Below are positions 1 through 7,658 of a stretch of DNA of 31,793 nt, in pieces. A program made the position numbers and the translations under genes. Position 1 is the first letter of the stretch, and each line of letters begins with the position of its first letter. Source of the DNA: a virus. Its lineage: Duplodnaviria > Caudoviricetes. The stretch lies in IMG/VR virus record IMGVR_UViG_3300031701_000008, positions 1 through 31,793 of that record. The stretch is one strand, 5' to 3'. The notes beneath the pieces were generated by a model, which saw only the letters and a program-made list of their open reading frames with translations, was not told the origin of the DNA and ran no database searches.

Positions 1-15
1 GATTAGTCGGTCCAT
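1..15 (-). CDS. 5' end of a gene running off the left edge (possibly first late gene, e.g. terminase region)
   Basis: Minus strand reads AGGAGG-CTAATA-ATG GAC CGA CTA ATC: perfect SD 6 nt before ATG at 15. Product identity is inferred from gene order only. Confidence 0.5.
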
Positions 16-360
16 TATTAGCCTCCTAGCGCAACCCAGCCCTCACGCGGAAAGCATCGTGGAAAGGGCTTATATATCACGATCAGCCCTGGCTCCGGGG
101 GGGCCGGCTACCCTATGCCCCCCCCCATCGTCTCATTCTAGCATAGTCCGGTAAGATGCATTATGGGATACCAGGATCGGATTCTAGGGTAACTCGTTAC
201 CGCGCTCGAGCTTACTAGGCTAGGTGATACTGTCGTTATGGTGATATGAGCTGGATCCAGCTGGATTCTCGAGCAGCTCGCGGATAGCTTGCCAGCTGCA
301 GCTCCACTACCAGGATCGGCACCCAAGCTTCTCCGATAATTAGAACACGAACCATCCATC

Positions 361-423
361 TAAAATAAAATCCACTAACTGAAACCAATTGTTGCGGTAA
401 TCTTGGAAAGGTATTACCTTATC
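361..423 (+). promoter_or_regulatory. Putative sigma70-type early promoter with overlapping palindrome
   Basis: AT-rich tract 361-370, TTGCGG (392-397), 17-nt spacer, TACCTT (415-420). Inverted repeat AAGGTA-T-TACCTT (408-420) overlaps the -10. Lies just upstream of the + strand operon. Confidence 0.45.
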
Positions 424-443
424 ACTATTGGAAGTGAGGGAAG

Positions 444-548
444 ATGGATGACGATAATGTCGCGGATGTGTTTGGATTCATAATGGCACTAGGTTTTCTG
501 GCCATATGGCCAATCTTGTACATCCTAGCGTGCAATTGGGAAGGGTAG
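444..548 (+). CDS. 34-aa single-TM micro-protein (not in ORF track)
   Basis: GAGGGAAG then ATG; MDDDNVADVFGFIMALGFLAIWPILYILACNWEG*; stop 4 nt before the radC start. Confidence 0.6.
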   Translation: MDDDNVADVFGFIMALGFLAIWPILYILACNWEG

Positions 549-552
549 GAAG

Positions 553-990
553 ATGTCAATTAGACTAGTAACTACTGAACTAGTTAGGGAGTCCAGGCCG
601 GATGAATTGGATAGGGTCTCTGGACCGGAAGATGCTGGACCGATTCTACAGGATCTAATTGGTTCATCGGATAGGGAGAAATTCGTAGTACTCCATCTAG
701 ATGTTCAGAACCAGATCATCGCATCGGAAATTGTATCCGTAGGCAGTTTGTGTGCGTCACTTGTCCATCCTAGGGAAGTGTTCAAAGGTTTAATCCTGAA
801 CAATGCGTCAAGTTTCATCGCTGGCCACAATCATCCATCGGGCAATCTTGTAGCCAGTAGGGAAGATATGGCAGTAAAGACTCGCCTAGAATCGGCTGGT
901 AAGTTGTTAGGAATCCAGATGTTGGATTTTATGATCGTGAGTCCAGATGGGTATGTTGGTGGGAAGAATGTCAGGAGTAGGGAAGAATGA
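553..990 (+). CDS. radC: RadC-like JAB/MPN domain protein
   Basis: Motifs DREKF..L.LD..N, SLVHPREVFK, HNHPSG...S.ED, G..LGI..LD..IV. Confidence 0.92.
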   Translation: MSIRLVTTELVRESRPDELDRVSGPEDAGPILQDLIGSSDREKFVVLHLDVQNQIIASEIVSVGSLCASLVHPREVFKGLILNNASSFIAGHNHPSGNLVASREDMAVKTRLESAGKLLGIQMLDFMIVSPDGYVGGKNVRSREE

Positions 991-1199
991 ACGACGGCGA
1001 TAAGTACTTACAGATTCCAGTAGATGATGACCCGTTAGGTCCGTTCCAATTGTGTCCGAAGTGTCTACAAGACCCGGAATCGTCATCGGATGTATTCGGG
1101 AACAAGAGCGATGGCGTGTTTGTTCATGATTCTGACAGGATAATGCTCGACGATGTGCCGGTTTGTGATTCCTGTTTCTTGGATGGAAGTAGGAAATAA
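987..1199 (+). CDS. Small acidic putative Zn-binding protein
   Basis: CPKC and CDSC pairs; ATGA overlap with radC stop. Confidence 0.7.
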   Translation: MNDGDKYLQIPVDDDPLGPFQLCPKCLQDPESSSDVFGNKSDGVFVHDSDRIMLDDVPVCDSCFLDGSRK

Positions 1200-1477
1200 T
1201 GAGCGATGTGAAGTGGTATCTAGGTGGTGGTGGTGCGTCCCCAACATTCTGGATTTGCTCCCTATCTTGTATAGCGGATAGTCCAGACGATGTTGACCTA
1301 GTGGACGATTGCGTTCTGGTTACTCCGGACAAGGGTGCAAGATGTGGGATTTGTAATCGAGTTGCGGTATTTGATTTTCCAATTGAACTGCACCCTAGGA
1401 TGAAGGAAAGAATGACCGAATACATTATGGAAATTGAGGATTTGCCAGACGATGAAAGGGAGACCGTCGATGGGTAA
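1199..1477 (+). CDS. Small acidic Cys-containing hypothetical protein
   Basis: CSLSC and CGIC motifs; TAATG coupling to previous gene. Confidence 0.7.
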   Translation: MSDVKWYLGGGGASPTFWICSLSCIADSPDDVDLVDDCVLVTPDKGARCGICNRVAVFDFPIELHPRMKERMTEYIMEIEDLPDDERETVDG

Positions 1478-2369
1478 TAAAGCTTACCCGGTAATTTCTC
1501 CGGAGATTCTCCGGAAGTATGCCGATCGGGATCTAGGCTCGAAAGCTGACATCAGAAAACAGATCAGAGAATCATGGTCCAGAATCCAGATACGCGCACT
1601 AGGTTTAGGATTCAGGAGAGTTATTCCAATTCTCCCGGTAGCGGATTCGAGCATAAATATATTCGGTAGTGGAACCAAGACCGAGAAGGGAGAATCAATC
1701 CCGGAACCAGTCAAAACTCTTATCTGGTACGGTTCGCCCGGTAGAGAATCCGGAGTGGAAATGTGCGACAACAGGAGTCCAGCTTGTACCGCGGGATGTC
1801 TCGGTCACGGATGTTGGCATCTGAAAATCAGATCTGGTAAGAATTCCAAACTGTGGAAGACAATGCTACTAGTAGGGAATCCAGACCTATTCATCCGACT
1901 GTTAATGTTAGAGCTAGACAGTCACATCTTGAGCTGTCGTAGAAACTCGATCGAACCTGCCGCGCGAATTGACGGTAGTACCGATACCGGGATCGGTGAT
2001 GTGTTGGCAGGTTTTGATCGGTTCTCCGATTGTAATTTCTACGATTACAGTAAATCTACATTGCGACTAAGTAGATTCCTATCGGGTAAGTTTCCAGACA
2101 ATCGGCATCTTACTTACTCAAGAAGTGAAAAGAACCATCGACAGTCAGTTGATATTGTCAATCGCGGTGGATCGGTTGCGGTTCCAGTCAATTTAAAGCG
2201 GCACGAATTCCCATCAACATGGTGCGGCATGCCAGTGGAAGATGGCGACCGACACGATGTGAGATACCGAGACACTCCCGGAACATGGCAATTTCTAGAG
2301 TGGAAAGGACAGGCTAGTAGGAAACACGCTGTTGCTAGTGGATTTTGTGTATCGGTGGCCGGATGTTGA
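1470..2369 (+). CDS. GP88-like phage protein
   Basis: C...SPAC..GCL Cys cluster, R.DGSTD, FYDYSK, HLTYS.SE, DGD.HD.RY.D motifs typical of GP88-type early phage proteins. ATG at 1470 preferred (alternative 1452). Confidence 0.75.
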   Translation: MGNKAYPVISPEILRKYADRDLGSKADIRKQIRESWSRIQIRALGLGFRRVIPILPVADSSINIFGSGTKTEKGESIPEPVKTLIWYGSPGRESGVEMCDNRSPACTAGCLGHGCWHLKIRSGKNSKLWKTMLLVGNPDLFIRLLMLELDSHILSCRRNSIEPAARIDGSTDTGIGDVLAGFDRFSDCNFYDYSKSTLRLSRFLSGKFPDNRHLTYSRSEKNHRQSVDIVNRGGSVAVPVNLKRHEFPSTWCGMPVEDGDRHDVRYRDTPGTWQFLEWKGQASRKHAVASGFCVSVAGC

Positions 2370-2440
2370 TCACCATCATCGGGATAGTAATTATCATGGT
2401 AGTGGTGCCAGAATTAGATCGTAGGAGAAATGGCCAATAG
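2363..2440 (+). CDS. 25-aa single-TM micro-protein (not in ORF track)
   Basis: MLITIIGIVIIMVVVPELDRRRNGQ*; start overlaps the GP88 stop (ATGTTGA) and the ORF fills the gap to the next gene. Confidence 0.5.
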   Translation: MLITIIGIVIIMVVVPELDRRRNGQ

Positions 2441-2455
2441 GAAAGTAGGTATAAA

Positions 2456-2860
2456 ATGAGACTACAATTACTACATAGGATGATCACGCGCATGGATTGT
2501 GCCAGCTCCGGGGAGTGGGGAGGGAGAATCCGGACACAGACATCCGATGGCATAGGTCACACAGATGATGCGCATAGTTATCGGGAGGAAAGAGGGACTA
2601 TCATCCTGGGTGACGGTGCCGAAGTGGATAAGATACAGAATGCTAGTGACCGGGAGAAGCTAGGATTTTATCCGTTGACGACACCAGATGATTCTCCCCA
2701 CTTCGGGATCTGGTACTCGGTACCTGCCCTACAGATCCTGATCTATACCGAGGGTGATGTCACATGGGAGTCCTACACCGATGATTCCAATTTCTGGTCT
2801 GGCATCCGGAGACACGCTAGGTTTCATGGCCTGACTGCCCAATACCTGGAAAGCTTGTAG
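2456..2860 (+). CDS. Hypothetical phage protein
   Basis: 134 aa in operon, AGTAGGT upstream; T.DD..HFG.W.......I..YTEGD pattern reminiscent of uncharacterised phage early proteins. Confidence 0.7.
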   Translation: MRLQLLHRMITRMDCASSGEWGGRIRTQTSDGIGHTDDAHSYREERGTIILGDGAEVDKIQNASDREKLGFYPLTTPDDSPHFGIWYSVPALQILIYTEGDVTWESYTDDSNFWSGIRRHARFHGLTAQYLESL

Positions 2861-2953
2861 GATGGGGCGTGCAGGATCGATTCTCCCGTACTTTATTGAC
2901 TCGCCCCGACCGGTGGCACCCAAGAATCCTACCGCGCAGAGAAGGGAGGAGCT

Positions 2954-3829
2954 GTGCCGGTAGGGTTCCTGGAACAACCGAGTAAGATCAGACCACAGCC
3001 CTTGCACAAACTGATGGCAAAGACTCCCCCGGATATATCAGCTGGTGGGTTACTCACGCGTACAGCTCTGTGGAATCTAGCAGTTTGGGCGAAGTCTGCG
3101 GTACTCAGATTCAGATCACAGAACAAATACAATACTTCAAGACCAGACAACACTCTCGGAGAGCAGGGATTCCTTGGGCGAGCGCGTCACTACGATCAAA
3201 AGTTACCGCGATACTTTCTCTTACTGGAATATGAGGAGTACCGAGAAGACTTGAAAGAACTACGAGACGGTGACCCTATCTCAGAGCAAAGGGGCAGCAC
3301 AGAAATAGGTGGTATCTCTGCTCACGAGTATGAGCGGGACAACTTGTTCATGTTGTTTGATTTGTGCAGGGACAAGAACAGCAGGCTACTGCACAGGGTG
3401 AGGGGATTATCAATGGACAAGCATGGTAAAGACGCAGTGGGTAGGTCGGTATTCAATCTGGTCCCGTACAAAGATGAGGGAGGTAGAGAATATATCAGCA
3501 GGTTTTTATTTGCTGAGTTGCACCCGGTGCGAATGTTAATGAGGAGCAAAGGGCTGAATCTTATGGGGTTCGCGGACAAAATGGAGATAGCAAGGGCCAA
3601 GCTTCCGAAAAGTTTCTTCACTGATTCGATCATGAAGCCCTGGAATCTAGCAAAGATGAAGGAACTCTGGCCTGAGACTGACCTCTGTCAGTTGCGCCAG
3701 GACTTCCATATCTGGAAGGCAACAGACTGGGAGGCTGATCCTGTGCTGTTTGCTGCCACTGCCATGCAGGTCTTTGTCGAGCATGAGCGGGGACTATTGG
3801 CTAAGAAGAAAAAGAAGAAAAGAATGTAA
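2954..3829 (+). CDS. Hypothetical protein with possible C-terminal XRE-like HTH and poly-Lys tail
   Basis: GGAGGAG before GTG; PVRMLMRSKGLNLMGFADKMEIARAKL resembles an XRE HTH; ends AKKKKKKRM. Confidence 0.65.
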   Translation: MPVGFLEQPSKIRPQPLHKLMAKTPPDISAGGLLTRTALWNLAVWAKSAVLRFRSQNKYNTSRPDNTLGEQGFLGRARHYDQKLPRYFLLLEYEEYREDLKELRDGDPISEQRGSTEIGGISAHEYERDNLFMLFDLCRDKNSRLLHRVRGLSMDKHGKDAVGRSVFNLVPYKDEGGREYISRFLFAELHPVRMLMRSKGLNLMGFADKMEIARAKLPKSFFTDSIMKPWNLAKMKELWPETDLCQLRQDFHIWKATDWEADPVLFAATAMQVFVEHERGLLAKKKKKKRM

Positions 3830-3902
3830 GACCATACCACGATAATGGTGTACCTTATCCGACCAATCGGTGGGAGATTAATCTAAAGGAAGGGAGTTTG
3901 TA

Positions 3903-4796
3903 TTGCCTATATCAGTGGAAGAACTGGAGGCTAGGCGGGTATCTGTCGGGGCTTCAGATGTTGCAGCGATCATGGGCTTGAGTCCATTTGCGAATGCTCA
4001 CGACATTTACCTGCAAAAAGTTGTGGGTACTGACCATGGAGGAGGGACTGAGGCGCAGAATCTGGGCAATGATTGCGAGCCTATGCTTGTAATCTGGGCA
4101 GACGAGCAATTGGGTAACAGGAATCCGGACAGTCTCGTCGAGGTAGACAAGAAGTTCACGAAGCTGGTGGAGGAGCCAGACGGTAGGGTGTTGCCGGCCC
4201 ACGCTAACCTCGATGGCTTCTCGATATACGGAGACCAGAGGGTGGGCATTGAGGCGAAGACTACCTCGATGTATGGGGTGTTTGGTGAGCAAGGAACCGA
4301 CGAGGTGCCTGACCACATACTGGTGCAAGCACAGTGGCAAATATTTGTGGCAGATCTTCAGCGCGTAGTGATTCCTGTACTACATGGTGACGGGAATCTC
4401 CGTCGTTCATTCTACATAGTACACAAGAATGAGGAGATCTTTGAGGGTGCTAAGGCCAAAGTTCTATCCTTCTGGAACGATCATGTTATCCCGAAAGTTC
4501 CACCGACTGAGGTGCTACCGAGCCTGGAAACCATGACAAATCTACGCCGGCAACCTGACTCTACGGTAGAGGTATCGGAAGAGCTGGTGCGATCTTGGCT
4601 AGTTACCAAGGAACTGAAGGCTCAAGCAACCAAAGACGAACGGGACGCGAAGGCTGCTTTGATGGCTGCGTTGTCTGACGCAGAGGGTGGTACTTGTAGT
4701 TTGGGTGAGTTGAGTTATTTGAAACAGAAGAGGGCTAGTTACACAACCAACGACACGGAGTTCAGAGTACTCCGATGGAAGGGAAACAAGAAGTGA
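3903..4796 (+). CDS. yqaJ: YqaJ-like (lambda-exo/RecE-type) viral recombination exonuclease
   Basis: R..SVGASDVAAIMGLSPF, GN..E, ANLDG, IEAKT, Q.QWQ, FW.DHV....PP motifs; precedes RecT. Confidence 0.92.
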   Translation: MPISVEELEARRVSVGASDVAAIMGLSPFANAHDIYLQKVVGTDHGGGTEAQNLGNDCEPMLVIWADEQLGNRNPDSLVEVDKKFTKLVEEPDGRVLPAHANLDGFSIYGDQRVGIEAKTTSMYGVFGEQGTDEVPDHILVQAQWQIFVADLQRVVIPVLHGDGNLRRSFYIVHKNEEIFEGAKAKVLSFWNDHVIPKVPPTEVLPSLETMTNLRRQPDSTVEVSEELVRSWLVTKELKAQATKDERDAKAALMAALSDAEGGTCSLGELSYLKQKRASYTTNDTEFRVLRWKGNKK

Positions 4797-5992
4797 ACAG
4801 TATACAGAGAGTGGACAATTGGCTGGAGAAATCTGGCCCCAAACTTTTGGAGTTATTGCCTGGGAATATCGAGCAGGACAGATTCCTCAGGAATGTCAGC
4901 AGTCAGGTGAAGATGAATCCGGCTATCCAGAACTGCCGGCCTGATACGATTATCAACTCCATCATTCGAGCCACCCACCTGGGCCTTGACATTGGAGTGC
5001 TGGGTAGTGCGTGGATCGTGCCATATGGTGACCAAGCTAACCTTGTGATTGGTTATGCTGGGTTGATTGACCTTGCGAACCGAAGTGGAACGGTGAATGC
5101 GATTCACTCTGGCGTAGTGCGGAAGAATGATATCTACAAGCGCACTGAAGATAACTTCTCTCACGACTACGATGCTTTCGGAACTGCTGAGTCGAGGGGT
5201 CCAGTGGTAGGATGCTACTGTCTTGTTGACCTCAAGAATGGTAGCCGGCAGATCGAGACGATGAACCTTGAGGATATCGAACAGGTGCGTAGTGGTTCTC
5301 GCAGCGGAAACAACGGACCTTGGGTCACCTACTTCGAGGAGATGGCTAAGAAGAGCGTGATTCGCAGGGCTTTGAAGCGTATCAAGCTGAGTCCTGAGGT
5401 ACAGGAAGCGATCCAGAGCAGTGACGACGCGGAGTATTTGCCAGCAGAGGTGAGGCCGGCAAAGAAGCGTGGGTCAGCGGGTCTGGTGGAGCGTCTCGAC
5501 CCGCCCGCTGTCGTCGTCGACAAGCCCCGTATCGTGGACGCAGTGGTATCGGAGCCAGTGGTGGTGGTTGTCGAACCTGAAGCCCCTGAGGCACCCGTAG
5601 AGGAACCCTCCCCCTCCTCGTCGAGGTTCGATCATGAGGACCACCTCAAACACGCCAAGAGGGTTGCTGCAATGATTGGGTCACCAGTTCGGAAGTGGTA
5701 TAAAATCACTGTCATGCGGGAGCGGATGATCAAGGAGCGGGCAAAGGCAGAAGGGGTTAATCCTGGTAACGCCGAGGAGTTCTGGGGTTTAGTAGAGGAA
5801 GTTTTCGTACCCTTCGATTCCTCAAAGGTGGAGGACTGGAAGGAAAACTGCGACCTGGATGTGCTGTTGCGGATCCCGAAGAGGGGTGGCAAGGACCACT
5901 TCACTGCTGCCAGAGAGGGTGCTTACAGGGATTCGGACTCTAAGCCTGAGTCCCCTGCATTCTCCGTTGCTGATATCACAGAAGTCGAATGA
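4793..5992 (+). CDS. recT: RecT-family single-strand annealing protein with long C-terminal extension
   Basis: LGL...LG.AWIVPYG..A.L.IGY.GLIDLA.RSG, PW..YFEEMAKKSVIRRALK...LS.E; GTG at 4793 overlaps yqaJ stop (GTGA). Confidence 0.93.
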   Translation: MNSIQRVDNWLEKSGPKLLELLPGNIEQDRFLRNVSSQVKMNPAIQNCRPDTIINSIIRATHLGLDIGVLGSAWIVPYGDQANLVIGYAGLIDLANRSGTVNAIHSGVVRKNDIYKRTEDNFSHDYDAFGTAESRGPVVGCYCLVDLKNGSRQIETMNLEDIEQVRSGSRSGNNGPWVTYFEEMAKKSVIRRALKRIKLSPEVQEAIQSSDDAEYLPAEVRPAKKRGSAGLVERLDPPAVVVDKPRIVDAVVSEPVVVVVEPEAPEAPVEEPSPSSSRFDHEDHLKHAKRVAAMIGSPVRKWYKITVMRERMIKERAKAEGVNPGNAEEFWGLVEEVFVPFDSSKVEDWKENCDLDVLLRIPKRGGKDHFTAAREGAYRDSDSKPESPAFSVADITEVE

Positions 5993-6549
5993 TTAAGAGA
6001 GGGTCTGGAGATTTGGAAGTTACGCCAACTGAAGACTTCGGTTTGGTGGAGTTCGGAGCAAGGTTCTCCGTCCAGGTATACCACTTTCATGGTCGAGTGA
6101 GATTGCAGATGGTCATTCATAATCTGCAAGACGGGACTCACGATATCCAGACCCTCTACTCCTATCCCGTAACCAATGAGGGTGAAGAGGCGAACTTCAG
6201 GTACTATGACAAAGAGGAAAGGTCTACTGAGATCGACCTTGAAGAACTCCTCCGCTTCCTGCACGAACTGCCGTCTACAAACAATAGCTTATTATCTTTT
6301 CTCGGTATCATATGCCGGTCGGAAGTCGCCAGGGATCTGGTCTGCATGATTGAGAAAGCCATTTGTGCTTGTCAACTATGGTGGGGTTGGGGTTGCCCTA
6401 TGGCAGCCGAAACCCTGCAATGTTATAACGAAGCCGCTACCCAGCCTTCTGAATACATTCGATCCCACAAACAGCGTGACCAGTGGGTGTATGCGAAGAA
6501 GATTCTCGCGACCAGGGCAGCGTCGAAGGAAGCTGAGAAACGACAGTAG
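5989..6549 (+). CDS. Hypothetical protein
   Basis: 186 aa, ATGA-coupled to recT; no recognised motif. Confidence 0.65.
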   Translation: MIKRGSGDLEVTPTEDFGLVEFGARFSVQVYHFHGRVRLQMVIHNLQDGTHDIQTLYSYPVTNEGEEANFRYYDKEERSTEIDLEELLRFLHELPSTNNSLLSFLGIICRSEVARDLVCMIEKAICACQLWWGWGCPMAAETLQCYNEAATQPSEYIRSHKQRDQWVYAKKILATRAASKEAEKRQ

Positions 6550-6562
6550 GAAGTAGAAGTGG

Positions 6563-7049
6563 ATGCGCCCTGAAAATATCGGCAGAAGACTCAAACTCAA
6601 ACTTTCCTGGCCGCAAAAGTTTCACGATCAAATCGAAGACCTCGAACACGAAGTCTTTTGGGATAGCAAAAAGAAAGCGGTCGTCCTCATCACGCCGCAA
6701 GCGGTCATCGAGTACACCCCCCCGCCCACGGGGCGAGAGCCACCTGGAGAAACAAGCGGCCCTCCTCATAAAAAGCCACCATCTCCCTGAGTTCATCCGG
6801 GAACATAGGTTTCATCCAGTCAGAAGGTGGAGGTTCGACTTCGCTTGGCCTGAATTGTATGTCGCCTTGGAGGTAGAGGGTGGGATCTGGAATCGTGGCC
6901 GGCATACCAGCCCGAAAGGGTTTATCTCTGACTGTGAGAAATACAACAGCGCGCTAGTTATGGGCTGGAAGGTACTCAGGGTCACCCAACCAGACATTAA
7001 GGCTGGCCGGATGATTGACTGGCTGAAAGCGGTACTTCCGTCGCCTTGA
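6563..7049 (+). CDS. PD-(D/E)xK (Vsr/DUF559-like) phage endonuclease, interrupted by an apparent +1 frameshift at a C7 run
   Basis: The frame of ORF 6855-7049 extends upstream as SHLEKQAALLIKSHHLPEFIREHRFHPVRRWRFDFAWPELYVALEVEGGIW..GRH....DCEKYN.A...GW.VLR, with no ATG/GTG/TTG back to at least 6543. Removing one C from C7 (6717-6723) joins it to the ATG at 6563 as a 161-aa ORF. Confidence 0.75.
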
Positions 7050-7620
7050 TTTTCCTGCCGGTACACAGGTTTCTCCACAGTCCGAGGAAGTATTCCTTTC
7101 CGTCCAGGTTATGGCTGTTTGCCATGCGTTTCTCCCAAGGTATCAGCTGTTCTATCTGTTCATTTGATAGGGCAGCTCCGTCTTCGTACCACTGCTGCGC
7201 TTCTATCACTGCCTTGTTGAGTGCGCTGATCCACTTGCGAATCGGTCCCTCGAGCGCGGCTTCTCGGTACTCTTCACCAGTTGTTTTTGAATCCGAACGG
7301 TCACCAAGTCCTAGTATGTGCTTGGCCATGCCGTCGAGGCTCAGGTTTATAAGTTTGTTTGGTGAGAAATCCAACCCGGTTTTTGTCACAAACATTCTGG
7401 TCTGATTGGAATCCAACCAAGTCTTGAATCTGTGTTCGCTGACAGGCCCAAGAGGATGCTTAGACATGGGATATCCACCGTCAACTTCGACATACCAGAG
7501 TAGGTCATTGAAGCCTGTGATATTGTGAACGACAGGTATTCCGAATCGAATCCCCACCCTTGAGGTTATCTTGTGCCGGCCAATGTTCGTGAACTCCACC
7601 TCTTCGATTAACTTATCCAT
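6997..7620 (-). CDS. Hypothetical protein
   Basis: ATG at 7620 preceded by GAGGAAGAAGGAAGA; last gene of the minus-strand transcript; 3' end overlaps the convergent nuclease gene. Confidence 0.65.
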   Translation of the reverse strand: MDKLIEEVEFTNIGRHKITSRVGIRFGIPVVHNITGFNDLLWYVEVDGGYPMSKHPLGPVSEHRFKTWLDSNQTRMFVTKTGLDFSPNKLINLSLDGMAKHILGLGDRSDSKTTGEEYREAALEGPIRKWISALNKAVIEAQQWYEDGAALSNEQIEQLIPWEKRMANSHNLDGKEYFLGLWRNLCTGRKIKATEVPLSASQSSGQP

Positions 7621-7631
7621 TCTTCCTTCTT

Positions 7632-7658
7632 CCTCATTCAAACAATCCAAGTTGAGCA
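7632..7658. repeat. 27-bp direct repeat, copy 1 (3' end of XF1762-like gene)
   Basis: CCTCATTCAAACAATCC-AA-GTTGAGCA; 25/27 identical to 8144-8170. Confidence 0.9.

Noticed and set aside
138-359. 73-aa minus-strand ORF
   Set aside because: No SD, Ser-rich unprotein-like sequence, lies in the palindromic non-coding end region.
2864-2907. GGGGCG...CGCCCC inverted repeat as a terminator
   Set aside because: Only 6-bp arms with a long loop and no U-tract.
6855-7049. 64-aa stand-alone ORF starting at TTG 6855
   Set aside because: Starts in the middle of the nuclease motif (after RFDFAWP); the coding frame clearly extends upstream.
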